This document shows, in pieces, positions 24,626 to 36,962 of a stretch of 64,000 bases of DNA. Both the position numbers and the translations under genes were made by a program. Source of the stretch: Phoronis australis (taxonomy: Eukaryota > Animalia > Phoronida); the NCBI GenBank assembly GCA_002633005.1, contig NMRA01000662.1, positions 138,930 to 202,929 on the forward strand, in the 5' to 3' direction. Numbering within the stretch: the first letter of the stretch is position 1; every line of letters starts with the position of its first letter. Below the pieces are notes generated by a model. It searched no databases, had not been told where the DNA came from, and worked only from the letters and a program-made list of their open reading frames with translations.

Positions 24626-27600
24626 CAGTTACGTGAATGTTTCAAAACGATCCCCAGACATTATGGAGGAAAGCCGGAAATAGTCGAGTCCGTCCGCCAT
24701 CATTCATCCATCTCAACTTGTACCATTCTGAAATTTGCTCAACAGAACGTGAATTAAGATTTTAAATTATTTATTGTGTAGATATTTTTGTTATTCACGG
24801 CGAGTAGGTTTCATTTTGGTCAATATTTATTTTATTATGTCTCATCATTCATTACTGTATAAAGGTTTAATTTATTTTTATTTATAAATACTTTAGTTTA
24901 CATTATGACCTGAACTACAAGGAGATATTGTGAAAAATGTGCCTGGGATATCTGGTCACTATTACATAACTTTGTACATAGTGACTTGTTGACAACGCTT
25001 ATTTAAGGCATTGTACTTTAAATCACATAGACTAAATTGATGCATATCACATTTTTCATGAAGGTACTCAGCTTTCATAAGGATTGGATTAAAGTATGTA
25101 AATCGAATTCATTCACTACTCTATTGCTTGAGTTCGGCTTATGTTAAAGCAGACGATCTGAGCATGGTTCTTACTCGTGTCTTCATTCCAGTTCGCGCCA
25201 TTTTGGACAAATCTCTCACATTTGGCATCAGAGTTCTTGACATTCTCCATTGGTGGCTACTTAGACAAAACAACACCATGCATTGATTAGCCGTTAATCC
25301 AAATGACGTCATTTTATAGAAACCATCTCTCCTAAACAGGTGCCCTGGATGTTAAAAACTGGATCAACGACCTTGAATATGGCCGCTCACTGAAGCATAT
25401 ATTTTTTTAGATCCGTGAGCACCAAACTGACAGTTTCCCGAACTATCACTACCGGGTTATTTTTGTTCGTCTTCAAGACGTGAGTCTATAAAGCAGCTAC
25501 TGCTCCAGCTCGAAACCTAATTAATTAAAGCAAATATGAAATGATATCTGAAGTTCAGAACTTTAAAAGTCATTTTATCACATTTCTTCGCGCTTGTGAT
25601 AGCCCGGCAAGTCTGTTGGTTCTCATCAACTTAACGGTTGTAGCCAACTTCTGTGGCCTTGCATTCGCAAAATCTCTTGATGACATAACTTAATGCAAGA
25701 ATGTCATTATTTGCAGTCACTGTCGGACTTTAATTGTTTAAATACTAATTAATTTTGTGTCTTATTATATAACTGTATATCATTCATCATGCAATGACAT
25801 ATATCAATAAATTATTTGACTCTTTGCTAACTTTGACTTTTTCTAACACTATGTTGGCTATAGCACCATTGTCATTTTTCATGAACTGCACCGCTGCACA
25901 GTCGCATACAGCTAAGATTAGATAAAGTCAAAGTATGTCTGTCAAGTTTGAGAAGGAGAATCTAGGGGCAGAGACAACAAGAATCGTCCCATACAGTGAT
26001 GGGAGTGAAGTCAGACACATATACTAGCCATATTAAGACCGTTCTAGAAAGAATCTCAGACACCAGTAAAAATAAAATAATTTGGCAATTCATGTGTAAA
26101 AAGAAACAAGGAAAAATCGCTTGATAAAGAAAGGGTTCAGACAAGGAGAAACTGACGTTGGAATAGTTTAACTGGAGGAGTGATTTAGAATCACTTAAGA
26201 TAAAAATGATTAAAAGCAAAGTGAATTGAAAAGGGCGAAAGTCTGACAAACTATGTTTTCATTTTGGTGTTCAGACATTTTAAAAATAAATTAATCAGCT
26301 AAAGTGAATTACACAACCGACAAACACTTTTTTTAAACCGAATAGATCAAGATTGAGTCTTATACTGGAATAAAAACTTAAAAATTAGCGACGTAGCGTC
26401 CTTATCTTTTTTTTAAACCGAATTTCAAGAAAAGATTATATAATTATTCGATGAAAGTAGGGACAGTTCAAACTGCTTCCAGACAGTCAAGTGAAAAGGT
26501 ACGAGACAACATGGTGAAATGAACTTTAAGATGTGAAGAATTGCTAAAAGAACAGGGTCAAATGGTCTCCGCAAAATTTAAAACACTTTTGGAGTGACTT
26601 AAATCACCGTGATTAATTAAAGACACGAAAGCTATTTTGTAGACGGAATGTCACCAGCTTAGATTCTTGCCGCAAACTTGTTACGAAAGTCCTACAGGGC
26701 TGACACCTATCCCAGACACTAAACGCTGAAAGAGTTGAAGGTCAATAGATCAACCCGATCTCACCGTTGCTATCTGTGTTGAGTACCATCACTAGTTACA
26801 TACATGCCTAAAATTGCAGGCGGTCTAGTACACGCTGTACGAGACATGCACAGGCCGCTCGAATGGGCTCATTCGCACTGATCACCTGGAACCATTTTTA
26901 TGCTTTATAGATACGTAGATAAAACCGAAATGAGGAGCTAGAGACGTGACTCAAGGGTAGGACAGTGTGCCTCAAAGGGACACGAACCTACAACTCGGAG
27001 TGAAAGAAGCGGACACCCATCTCACTAGGCCACATCGCATCCTCTCGTAGTTACATATAATAAAGATAAATGAATCAAAAACGAATAATGAAGGCAGACG
27101 ACGATACTGTTTGGTGGTACTACAAGACCTGATTTCACCATCGTCCTTACTCGGAATGATTTCTAGCTTTGACAACTGACGTGTCGTTATTGGCTCAGAT
27201 CGAGGCACATAAGTTGCTTGTCACGGCATGAAGGCCAGTGAATCTATCATGAAATTTCAGGCCGCTATCTATTGTGACAAAATGGCAATTCAAACAGAAA
27301 ATGTAAAACACCGGACGGCGTTGCATTGTCAGAGCAAACACGCATGTATTGAAAATTGATGTTTTGTCACCAACGCTTGGTTTTATAGCAGATTTAAACG
27401 AGACAGGAAGGCTTAAATTATGATTAAAGACTTTGGAGATGGCACAGTCAAGATGGTTGTAGTAAAACTCTTTAAGGAGTGACATTATCGGAGAAAAAAT
27501 GGTTTCATGGGATCAAAGAAAGGTCAGAGAAAGGTCAGGTTCAGAGCGACACCTGGCACTTTCGTGGCTCAGTCAAACGCTAAATCACAGTGAAATTTAA

Positions 27601-29291
27601 GTCACCGGCGGGTCTCGATTTCAGGGAATATCTGGCAGACAATGGCGAGAATTGACGATTTGTAATAAAATCACGAAAGCACAACGGATTTTATCGTTTT
27701 GTATTCTGATCAAACTCATAACTTCAAAATGTTCTCCCGTACATCAATAATCCAAAAATGGATTATTCAACCGTAAAACGACAACGTTTATTTGATGAAT
27801 TCGTCGAAATGACCCAGTCGTGGTTTGCCTCAGACATATCAATACTTGTTAATGATAACTAAATGATAGATACAAAATTAGATATAACCAATGGAAAAAT
27901 ATGTTCTGTTTCTAGAGATTTTATTTCAAGTAACACGTAGTGAGAGACATCTTTTCTACAAGTATACAATATAATGAACAGAGTGGTCTGAGATAAAAAA
28001 TACAACAACGAAAACGTTTTTTTGTAAACATAAAATAATCGTATTTACATATAGGCATATCAGGATCATTAACGAGGATGTGTTTTTTAAATATTCATAT
28101 TCAACTTAAACTGACACTGAGATGCCCAGGTTTCACAAAACATACGGCGGGCTCTGAATAAATGAAATTCTTAATTCTTCACGGATCGAGTATTTAAACA
28201 CCTACACACCTTCAGACCTACATCTTACATATAAAACATTGAAACACATAAAATCTACATGGTAACAAATTTGGGGATTTTGGTTGATTTTTTCACTTTT
28301 ACCCCACAACCAGCAATTTATGAGGAGTTGGACCGCCGCTGTTTCACTCTTTCGTGGTTTTCCGTATCCCCTGCCTGTCAGTTTTGACATAGCGACTTCA
28401 CAACAGGGCAGCGGTACGGAGACATTCGCAAGAAGCAAGGGCTAGAAATCTTTTCTTACGGAAGTGAATTCTGTCCAATGGGAGACTTTCAGAAGCGATG
28501 GGGACTGACCACTTGAGACCGCTGACTCATATCGCCACCTAGCTGAACCAGGAGTAACTTTGTCTTCGCAGGGGGTGGCATACGGAAGAGTGAAAAGACC
28601 TCTTTACGATTAGACGTGATGCGTTTTAAACATAAGATATGAGGTGCCTCCTCGTCATCTGGAGGCCACTGGTATCCGGACCCACATGACCAGTCCCTAC
28701 GTTGGTGTTTTAAAGTCCCCCATTCAACACAGTGGGGGATCAAGGCTAGAATAAGGCCGGGGGGGGGGGGNNNNNNNNNNNNNNNNNNNNNNNNNNNNNN
28801 NNNNNNNNNNNNNNNNNNNNNNNNNNNNNNNNNNNNGGCGGCGGGCCCTCTGGGCCCCCAAATCCGTCTATACAACATTCCAGCCTGATCTCCGGCCAAT
28901 CACTTCAGCGGCCGCCATTTTCGCCCATTACGCTTGTAAGCTCAAGTGCATACTCGCGAAACAAGGAAACTCGCACGATTTTTTTCTTGCTATTTCGCAA
29001 ATTTTTACACATTATAATGCTTACCCTGGCCTTTGCACCCGATGCAGTAATCGAGTATGATTGCCTGAAATTTGATCACAAAAATGTAACACAAAAAATT
29101 TTTACGATGCAGGGTGAGTTGTATCCGATAAAGTTAACAATCGGTATTTGAATCCGCGGGACCCGATGAATTTCTGTAAACAACATGACCCTACTTCCGT
29201 TTCTCGGCATATAGCCTCGCCCTCGACGAAACGGCGACAAAATGTAAGATTTACACACGAGCAGTACTGAGCCATTTAGAGCAACGATAGC

Positions 29292-32232
29292 TTTCAAATC
29301 TCTACAAAATAGTTTTGACAGACGCTGTCAAATGGTGTCATTGAAATCTCGATTCTTGAAAGAGGTGTGACGAAGGTGTTGAAGTTTTTTATCCTCAAAG
29401 TCTTCCTAAAACACAATATTGATCAGCGAGTCCACTTTCGTTTCTTATTTCAATTGTTGTGATGACCGCGCGACTGCATGTGTCAACAACTGAACCATGG
29501 CTACGCAGACCCCCCGGGGGACACTCCACTAGTGACAGCGTGACTACAGGTGTTGCTACTCAACAACTGAACCATGACCAAGCAGGCCGCGTGACACTCG
29601 ACGGCTTTTTGACGAGGGTGTGCGACTGGGTAGTTAACATGCCCATCCTTTTATAGAGGACAACAGCATAAATAGCAGCCTTTTTAGAAATAAAAACGAT
29701 TTAAAAGAATCTATTGTAGCCATTCGTTGCGTATGGATTTAAATACTATATAGACCAAATAACACATTTAAGTGAGCTAAAAAGGTCTTTCAAGCAAATT
29801 TACGCCGCCAAAGTGAGCGAATTTTACCCCCACAGGCGGAGAACCGCTGAGATACGCTTCTGACCGCTTCATTGCCCGCCGCAATTTTTGACAATAGGAA
29901 GACGATCGCGTGCGGCCGGGAGAATAATCGGTGGCGACAGGAAGGATGAACGGAAGAGCGAGGGTTTTGAATAGCATTGGGATACGAGAGTGCCAAGGCC
30001 TCATTTCTAACGTAGTTTTTTGGTATTATTATACTCTCAAGCAAAAAATAAGTAGGCGAACGTGGACACATTGGGCTCGGTAGATTTGAGGAATTTTAAC
30101 GTAAGTTCACTGCAAATAAACGAAAAAGGCGACACAGCTAGGAGACTCAACGACAGAAATAAACTAAAAAATAGTTTTACTGGCTGACTGATTGACTGCT
30201 TAGTAATGCTAGGCCAATGTAACTTCAGATTGCTTTTACTCAATACTCAGATAGTCAGACCGCAAATTAATCGTTTCATGTCTCGAAAGCATATTCCTGT
30301 CCGAAGCATATTGGTCCGATATATTGATGATGTCAAATGGATGTTCAGCAGTGGCAACAGATGCCGCCACTGATTTGCCCTTTTTCTTTTTCTTTTTCTT
30401 TTTCAAGTCTGAATGTGCGAGACGGATCTAAGCCAAGATAGCTGCGCAATAAACAATAAAAAATGCGTCATATATAGTTCCATAAATAAACCTCGTCAGT
30501 TACACTCACAAAATGTTGATTCGTGGAATTTATCACAGCATGGCAGTAATTAATGATAGTTCAAAACCTATGAGTCTCATCAGACGAAATGGAATGGACA
30601 CATCTTGGAAATTACATCTTCTACCAATCTATCAACAGTGTCATTCAACAATGTGCCGGAAATTTCACTGCCAGAAATTCACAAAACAAAGTTTTAATGT
30701 GAAATTTTGAAGCCATGTTGAAAGAGCCCTATATGGGAGCAAAAACTGCATCGAATAAGNTTTAAATCTCTACAAAATAGTTTTGACAAACGCTGTCAAA
30801 TGGTATCACTGAAATCTCGATTCTTGAAAGAGGTGGTACGAAGGTGTTGAAGTTTTTTTATCCACAAAGTCTTCCTAAAACACAATGTTGATCGGGGAGC
30901 CCACTTTCGTGTCTCATTTCAATTGTTGTGATGACCGCGCGACTGCATGTATTGCTGCTCAACAACTGAACCATGGCTAAGCAGACCCCCAAGGGGACAC
31001 TCCACTAATGACAGCGTGACTACAGGTGTTGCTACTCAACAACTGAACCATGACCAAGCAGGCCGCGTGACACTCGACGGCCTTTTGACGAGGGTGTGCG
31101 ACTAGGTAGTTAACATGTCCATCCTTTTAGAGAGGACAACAGCATAAATAGCAGCCTTTTTAGAAATAAAAATGATTTAAAAGAATCTATTGTAGCCATT
31201 CGTTGCGTATGGATTTAAATACTATATAGACCAAATAACACATTTAAGTGAGCTAAAAAGGTCTTTCAAGCAAATTTACGCCGCCAAAGTGAGCGAATTT
31301 TACCCCCACAAGCGGAGAACCGCTGAGATACGCTTCTGACCGCTTCATTGCCCGCCGCAATTTTTGACAATAGGAAGACGATCACGTGCAGCCGGGAGAA
31401 TAATCGGTGGCGACAGGAAGGATGAACGGAAGAGCGAGGGTTTTGAATAGCATTGGGATACGAGAGTGCCAAGGCCTCATTTCTAACGTAGTTTTTTGGT
31501 ATTATACTCTCAAGCAAAAAAATAAGCAGGCGAACGTGGACACATTGGGCTCGGTAGATTTGAGGAATTTTAACGTAAGTTCACTACAAATAAACGAAAA
31601 AGGCGACACAGCTAGGAGACTCAACGACAGAAATAAACTAAAAAATAGTTTTACTGGCTGACTGATTGACAGCTTAGTAATGCTAGGCCAATGTAACTTC
31701 AGATTGCTTTTACTCAATACTCAGATAGTCAGACCGCAAATTAATCGTTTCATGTCTCGAAAGCATATTCCTGTCCGAAGCATATTGGTCCGATATATTG
31801 ATGATGTCAAATGGATGTTCAGCAGTGGCAACAGATGCCGCCACTGATTTGCCCTTTTTCTTTTTCTTTTTCTTTTTCTAGTCTGAATGTGCGAGACGGA
31901 TCTAAGCCAAGATAGCTGCGCAATAAACAATAAAAAATGCGTCATATTTTGTTCCATAAATAAACCTCGTCAGTTACACTCACAAAATGTTAATTCGTGG
32001 AATTTATCACAGCATGGCAGTAATTAATTATAGTTCAAAACCTATGAGTCTCATCAGACGAAATGGAATGGACACATCTTGGAAATTACATCTTCTACCA
32101 ATCTATCAACAGTGTCATTCAACAATGTGCCGGAAATTTCACTGCCAGAAATTCACAAAACAAAGTTTAATGTGAAATTTTGAAGCCATGTTGAAAGAGC
32201 CCTATATGGGAGCAAAAACTGCATCGAATAAG
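29292..32232. repeat. ~1.47 kb direct duplication (29292-30759 and 30761-32232) joined by a single N
   Basis: Near-identical copies (e.g. ORFs 30037/31502 and 30513/31987) abut an N at 30760. Confidence 0.9.
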
Positions 32233-33499
32233 AGACAAACAATTACAAAATAGTACACTTTATCATAAAAGCACGAAATAAAGTATATTACCAAATGTTT
32301 GAATCAAATAAGACCAGATACTCAACGCTATCTCCATGGCGACATCTGCCATCTTGGATTCGAAGATGTCGGATTCTTTCTTATGAAATTTCTCATCTAG
32401 GCTTGGTTAAACAGAAATGTACACATCTGTTTGGAAAGAAATGGGCATAATCAAACATCAAGACTTTTTTGGTGTTCCAAATAACACTTCAGGGTAAACC
32501 ATTTATGATGGCATTAAAAATTTATCAATTATTTAAAAGTATAATACGCAGAAAACACTGAACAGCGAGAAACATTGAACAATACCCGGTGCCACGTATG
32601 TGATGCATGTAGGCTGAATCTCAGTCCACCCCCAAGTCAACCTATCACATACGTGGGCAGGCGTTCCGTAGACGCGACAACCTCCCAATAACGCAGGATC
32701 ACGCAACAGTTCGCGAGACATTGCAAAGCACGTCATCACACTAGTCTCTATCATCTTGGGTCTACGAACTGTGCCCGGCTATTGATCAAAGTTTCCCCGC
32801 GTTTGCCTCAAGATAAACGCTCACTACCAGGTGTCGCACTGAATTTTAAAAGTGCATTAAATTCGCAAAACCTGATTTACAAACATGTAGGCCTATTTTT
32901 TGACTCACGAGTGGGTTATTACTTCGAGTCTGCAGTGGCGAATCTAGGATATCGCAGAAAGGGGCCCAACCACACATATAGGAAGGCAAAGGTCCGCGTG
33001 CATTCCAAGCGGTCTCTGAAGGGAGGGTTTAAACACAATTTTAAAAGAAAATATGTGGGTAACGCCCAGTAATGATGGGTTGGTGACGTTTTTTAGTCGC
33101 CCGTGGAGCGTGTTCCCAGGCCCTTCGGTTCCCCTTTATGTTGTTAGATATGACACCACAGATATTACTTTATCTTGAAATATTACTCTAAAATTCCTTT
33201 ACTCGGTGAACATATGTTAAGCCTATTCCGTACGCTTCTAAGACTAATTACATAAACACAATGTTACACAAGCACCGATGTTTCAATGAGCTTCAAACAC
33301 TATGTACCACGGTACAATGTGCACACGTACATGCACTCACATATAAAGAACAAATTTGAAGTAGGGTTTTCTTGCAAGCAGCAGCTGCTGTTATTTTTCA
33401 TTTAATTTTAAAGTAAGATAGCAGGTACTAGTGACCAGTGCAAAGATAGATGCTTTATATAATAGTTACAGAATGTATTTTTGTCGACAGTCTTGTTCT

Positions 33500-33960
33500 T
33501 TTCCAAGTTGCACGATGATATAGACTGAGAACTATCAGCAGTTACGTCTTGGCGAATCCACGTTTCGGCATAATGTTGAGGTTTGAACATGGAAAGCGGA
33601 GGACCATTGACCTTGCCAAACATCGAGCTGGAGGTAGTTTCTAATAGCTGCACACAAGAACGTTCGTCTGTTACTATCCGATTCATTTTGCTGAATCCTC
33701 GTTGTACAACAAGAATGAGTCTTAATGCAGAGGTCCAGTTGTCGCAGAGCACTTGGTAGGTTGTGTACTCTAACCGTCTCCTCCATTTCTACGAACTCTC
33801 GCATTCCTCTTATCGCCGTTGTGGCAAACAACCCAAGCTAATCACAAATATGCCTGACTTCGTGCTCGCCATGTTTTGGGGTTCAAGATGCCCAGAATTG
33901 CGCAAAGTGTCAGTTCATCATTGTCAAGTCAACGCCACTCCAAGTTCACAACTTTTTGAA
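33500..33960 (-). pseudogene. Decayed hAT-type transposase C-terminus (KIAA1586/ZNF862-like dimerisation region)
   Basis: Frameshifted, stop-broken frames give GEHEVRHICD*LGLFATTAIRGMREF and QRGFSKMNRIVTDERS...SSSMFGKVNGPPLSMFKPQHYAETW, matching the ERxFS-x-MN...NGPPL hAT C-terminal motif. A CAGTG-starting end with repeated subterminal CGTAGGC motifs lies at ~34070-34212. Confidence 0.75.
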
Positions 33961-34612
33961 TAAATGGTCTCGCGTGCCTGAATATTCGGCAACAATGCTG
34001 CCGTCAGCGTAGCAGTGCATCGTATATCCGTAAGCTATTGTATCTAGACTACGCCCCACTATACCGTCACTTACTGTGCGTAGGCGCTACGTTGAGATGT
34101 AAAAAGGTTGTTGGGTGCGCCTACGCCCGTCTAAAACGTAACTTACGGTGCGTAGGCTCTATGTTTAAATGCCAAATGGTGGTTGGCTGTGCCTACGTCC
34201 CACTACAGCACTGGTCGCATAAGTTTGAAAACGTCGGCCAACGGAGCGTTGCTTTCTCACGTAAGCCTAGGAAAGATTGATGATTTTTCGTATCCCACTT
34301 TGACCGCCACTGGATAAGTTATAATCTCAACCGAGAGTCACATTTTGCTGTTCATACTAATATTTTGGCCTGTTTGAAATTAAAAATGACACACGAATAC
34401 TCAAGGAAGGCGGCACGCTTCCCAAGAAAAAATGAGCACCTCGCGATAAAAGCAGCTTAGAAATTGTTTTATATGAATAGGAAAACGGGGTGTCTTGTCT
34501 CACTTTTGGAACAGAACGCGCCATGTCTTATCTTTAAAAAATCAGTAGGCTGCACACTAGAATGGTGTTGAATTCCTCCGAGCGATCTATATGCTTTTGA
34601 TTTTAAATCAGA

Positions 34613-35140
34613 TTGAAATATATATGTATAAAATGTATATGTATGAAATGTACATGTATGAAATATACATGTATGAAACGTACATGTATGAAATATACAT
34701 GTATGAAATATACATGTATGAAATATACATGTATGAAACGTATATTTATGAAATGTACATGTATGAAATATACTTGTATGAAACGTATATGTATGAAATA
34801 TACATGTACGAAATGTACATGTATGAAATATACATGTATGAAACGTATATGTATGAAATGTACATGTATGAAATATACATGTATGAAACGTATATGTATG
34901 AAATGTACATGTATGAAATATACATGTATGAAACGTATATGTATGAAATATACATGTACGAAATGTACATGTATGAAATATACATGTATGAAACGTATAT
35001 GTATGAAATGTACACGTATGAAACGTATATGTATGAAACGTACATTATGAAATGTACATGTATGAAATGTATATGTATGAAATGTACATGTATGAAATGT
35101 ACATGTATGAAATATACATCTATGAAACGTATATGTATGT
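34613..35140. repeat. 15 bp minisatellite (TGAAAYRTAYATGTA)n, ~35 copies
   Basis: Seen directly; produces the spurious YMYE/CMK ORFs. Confidence 0.95.
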
Positions 35141-35154
35141 AATAACTAAACACC

Positions 35155-35420
35155 AAGAGGGCACGAGAGTATAGGGTTCGACAAAATTTTCCGATCGATC
35201 GCGCAATATTTCAATGTTTCGATCGTAAAATAAGGGCATCTCATTTATGTTACATTATGAGTAACCGAAGCTGTGATGGCCAGTAATAATAATTGAGACT
35301 AATGATCGACATATAGCCAGACTAATTTTTTCTGAATGGATCGATTAAATACCGTTAGTATATTTGACATTATTTTGTTAAGAGATTTTTGGAAAATATT
35401 GAAAACTCGTGCTCTCTTTT
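35155..35420. mobile_element. Probable small MITE
   Basis: 13 bp inverted termini AAGAGGGCACGAG / CTCGTGCTCTCTT (1 mismatch). Confidence 0.4.
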
Positions 35421-35845
35421 GGCTAATAGGCAACTTAACATTGAAATCGCACTGGGCTCGGGTCTTCAATAGCAAGGTTACATAATGGTTAGTTGATGTT
35501 CGCCAAAGTCGGACGCTACATAACTCTTTCGTTTACACTCAAGTCGGTACGACTTCAAATTGACAGACGAGTCTTGTTTATTTAGTTATTCATACGTTTG
35601 TAAATCGACTGCTATTTTTAAAATAACTAAGAAATCATAGATGGTCTTATAGCAATTACAAACAAATCTTTATGTTTCTGTGTATTTCCGAAAGTTGAAA
35701 GTAGCCAGTCTAACAGATAGTCCATCGCATCCCAGCATAGTTTCAACTGAGCTATAAAAACAGCATTTTTTGTCTAAGTCTGAAAACCACCTCTCATTTT
35801 GAGTTAAGAACAAGTCAAGACCAGCTTTATAGCGGCACGTGGTCA

Positions 35846-35978
35846 ACTCCCCGAATGACAAAGAGTCCACTCCCCGGATGACAAGAAGTCCACTCCCTGG
35901 ATGACAAGGAGACCACTCCGCGGATGACAAGGAGTTCACTCCCCGGATGAGAAGGAATCCACTCCCCGGATGACACAA
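35846..35978. repeat. ~23 bp minisatellite (CACTCCCCGGATGACAAGGAGTC), ~6 copies
   Basis: Seen directly. Confidence 0.85.
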
Positions 35979-36420
35979 GTCCTCACGTTATAAATCAAAT
36001 TGCTAGGAATTTCCTTCTGAATACATGACATGCATAATATAAAAAATAACGCCAATTTTCTAATTTTCCTGGAAATTAGGAAGACATAATCAAAGTGTGC
36101 ACTTAATTTTCATTGGTTTATCTGTTCAGGAAACTTTGGTTTTATACACGTCAATTTTTTTCTGAAACTTAGACGGTGTTTATATGCTTAATTGTATGCA
36201 GTGACGTATTATCTCAATGGGTTGGGTGAAAAGTTACTTTACATTGGCATAATCTGCGTCCCACGTAGTCGTTGGTCTCGTTCGATAAGAGAACCTCGCC
36301 TCAGTCTTGTTTTGTTCTGCTAATCATTTACAGATGCATTTTAACCGGTTTAGGTGGCCAAAAAATCGGAAATAGAATTAAGCCTGTTACTTTCATAAAA
36401 TTGTTTTCATAATATTTCTT

Positions 36421-36515
36421 ACTGTGACAGGATTCTATTTCTGTTACAAATTCAAGTTTCGGAGATTGCGTACATGCACCATTTTCAAATTCTCAACTTT
36501 AGGTTGGCCAACCCC
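36421..36515. repeat. Dispersed repeat fragment, second copy at ~57243-57336
   Basis: Both read GTGACAGGATTCTAKTTCTGTTACAAA...CCATTTTCAAATT...GGTTGGCCRACCC. Confidence 0.65.
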
Positions 36516-36739
36516 AAAATATCATGAAACGTTTCCACGGGCAAATTTCTCAATTGGGTGTTATCATGCTAACTTACATAAATAATCTGTCAAAATTATC
36601 GATCTAAAATCCCCCATGAGTTTCAATGGCTTAACTATATTTTTATCGGTGAATCAAAAAATATATGGGGTTATCTCTTCCTGTTCAGCTAGTTGAGAAA
36701 TGAAAAACAGTAAAACGAACCAAGTCGTTTACTCTCGTA

Positions 36740-36962
36740 AAGTTGGTTTTGAATAAAAAGTACACGCTCAGCCATAGAAATCGCTTTCGCGTTACATCCG
36801 AGTTCTCATTCACTCACTTGCATACACTCAATAAGACCGAGCTCAGAGGAGAGTCCTTCGTACAATGCTCGATGGTCTGCCAGCAAGGCCAGCTAGGATT
36901 CGAACCCTGGTCTACCAAACGGGAGTCCGGAGCTCAAACTACTGAGTCTCACAGTCTCCTTA
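36740..36962 (-). mobile_element. tRNA-derived SINE
   Basis: The minus strand reads A-box-like ACTCAGTAGTTTGAGC, then B-box GGTTCGAATCC (36906-36896), then a non-tRNA body; boundaries are approximate. Confidence 0.6.

Noticed and set aside
34591-35156. Long YMYE/CMK repeat ORFs
   Set aside because: Artefacts of a stop-free 15 bp minisatellite, open in several frames on both strands.
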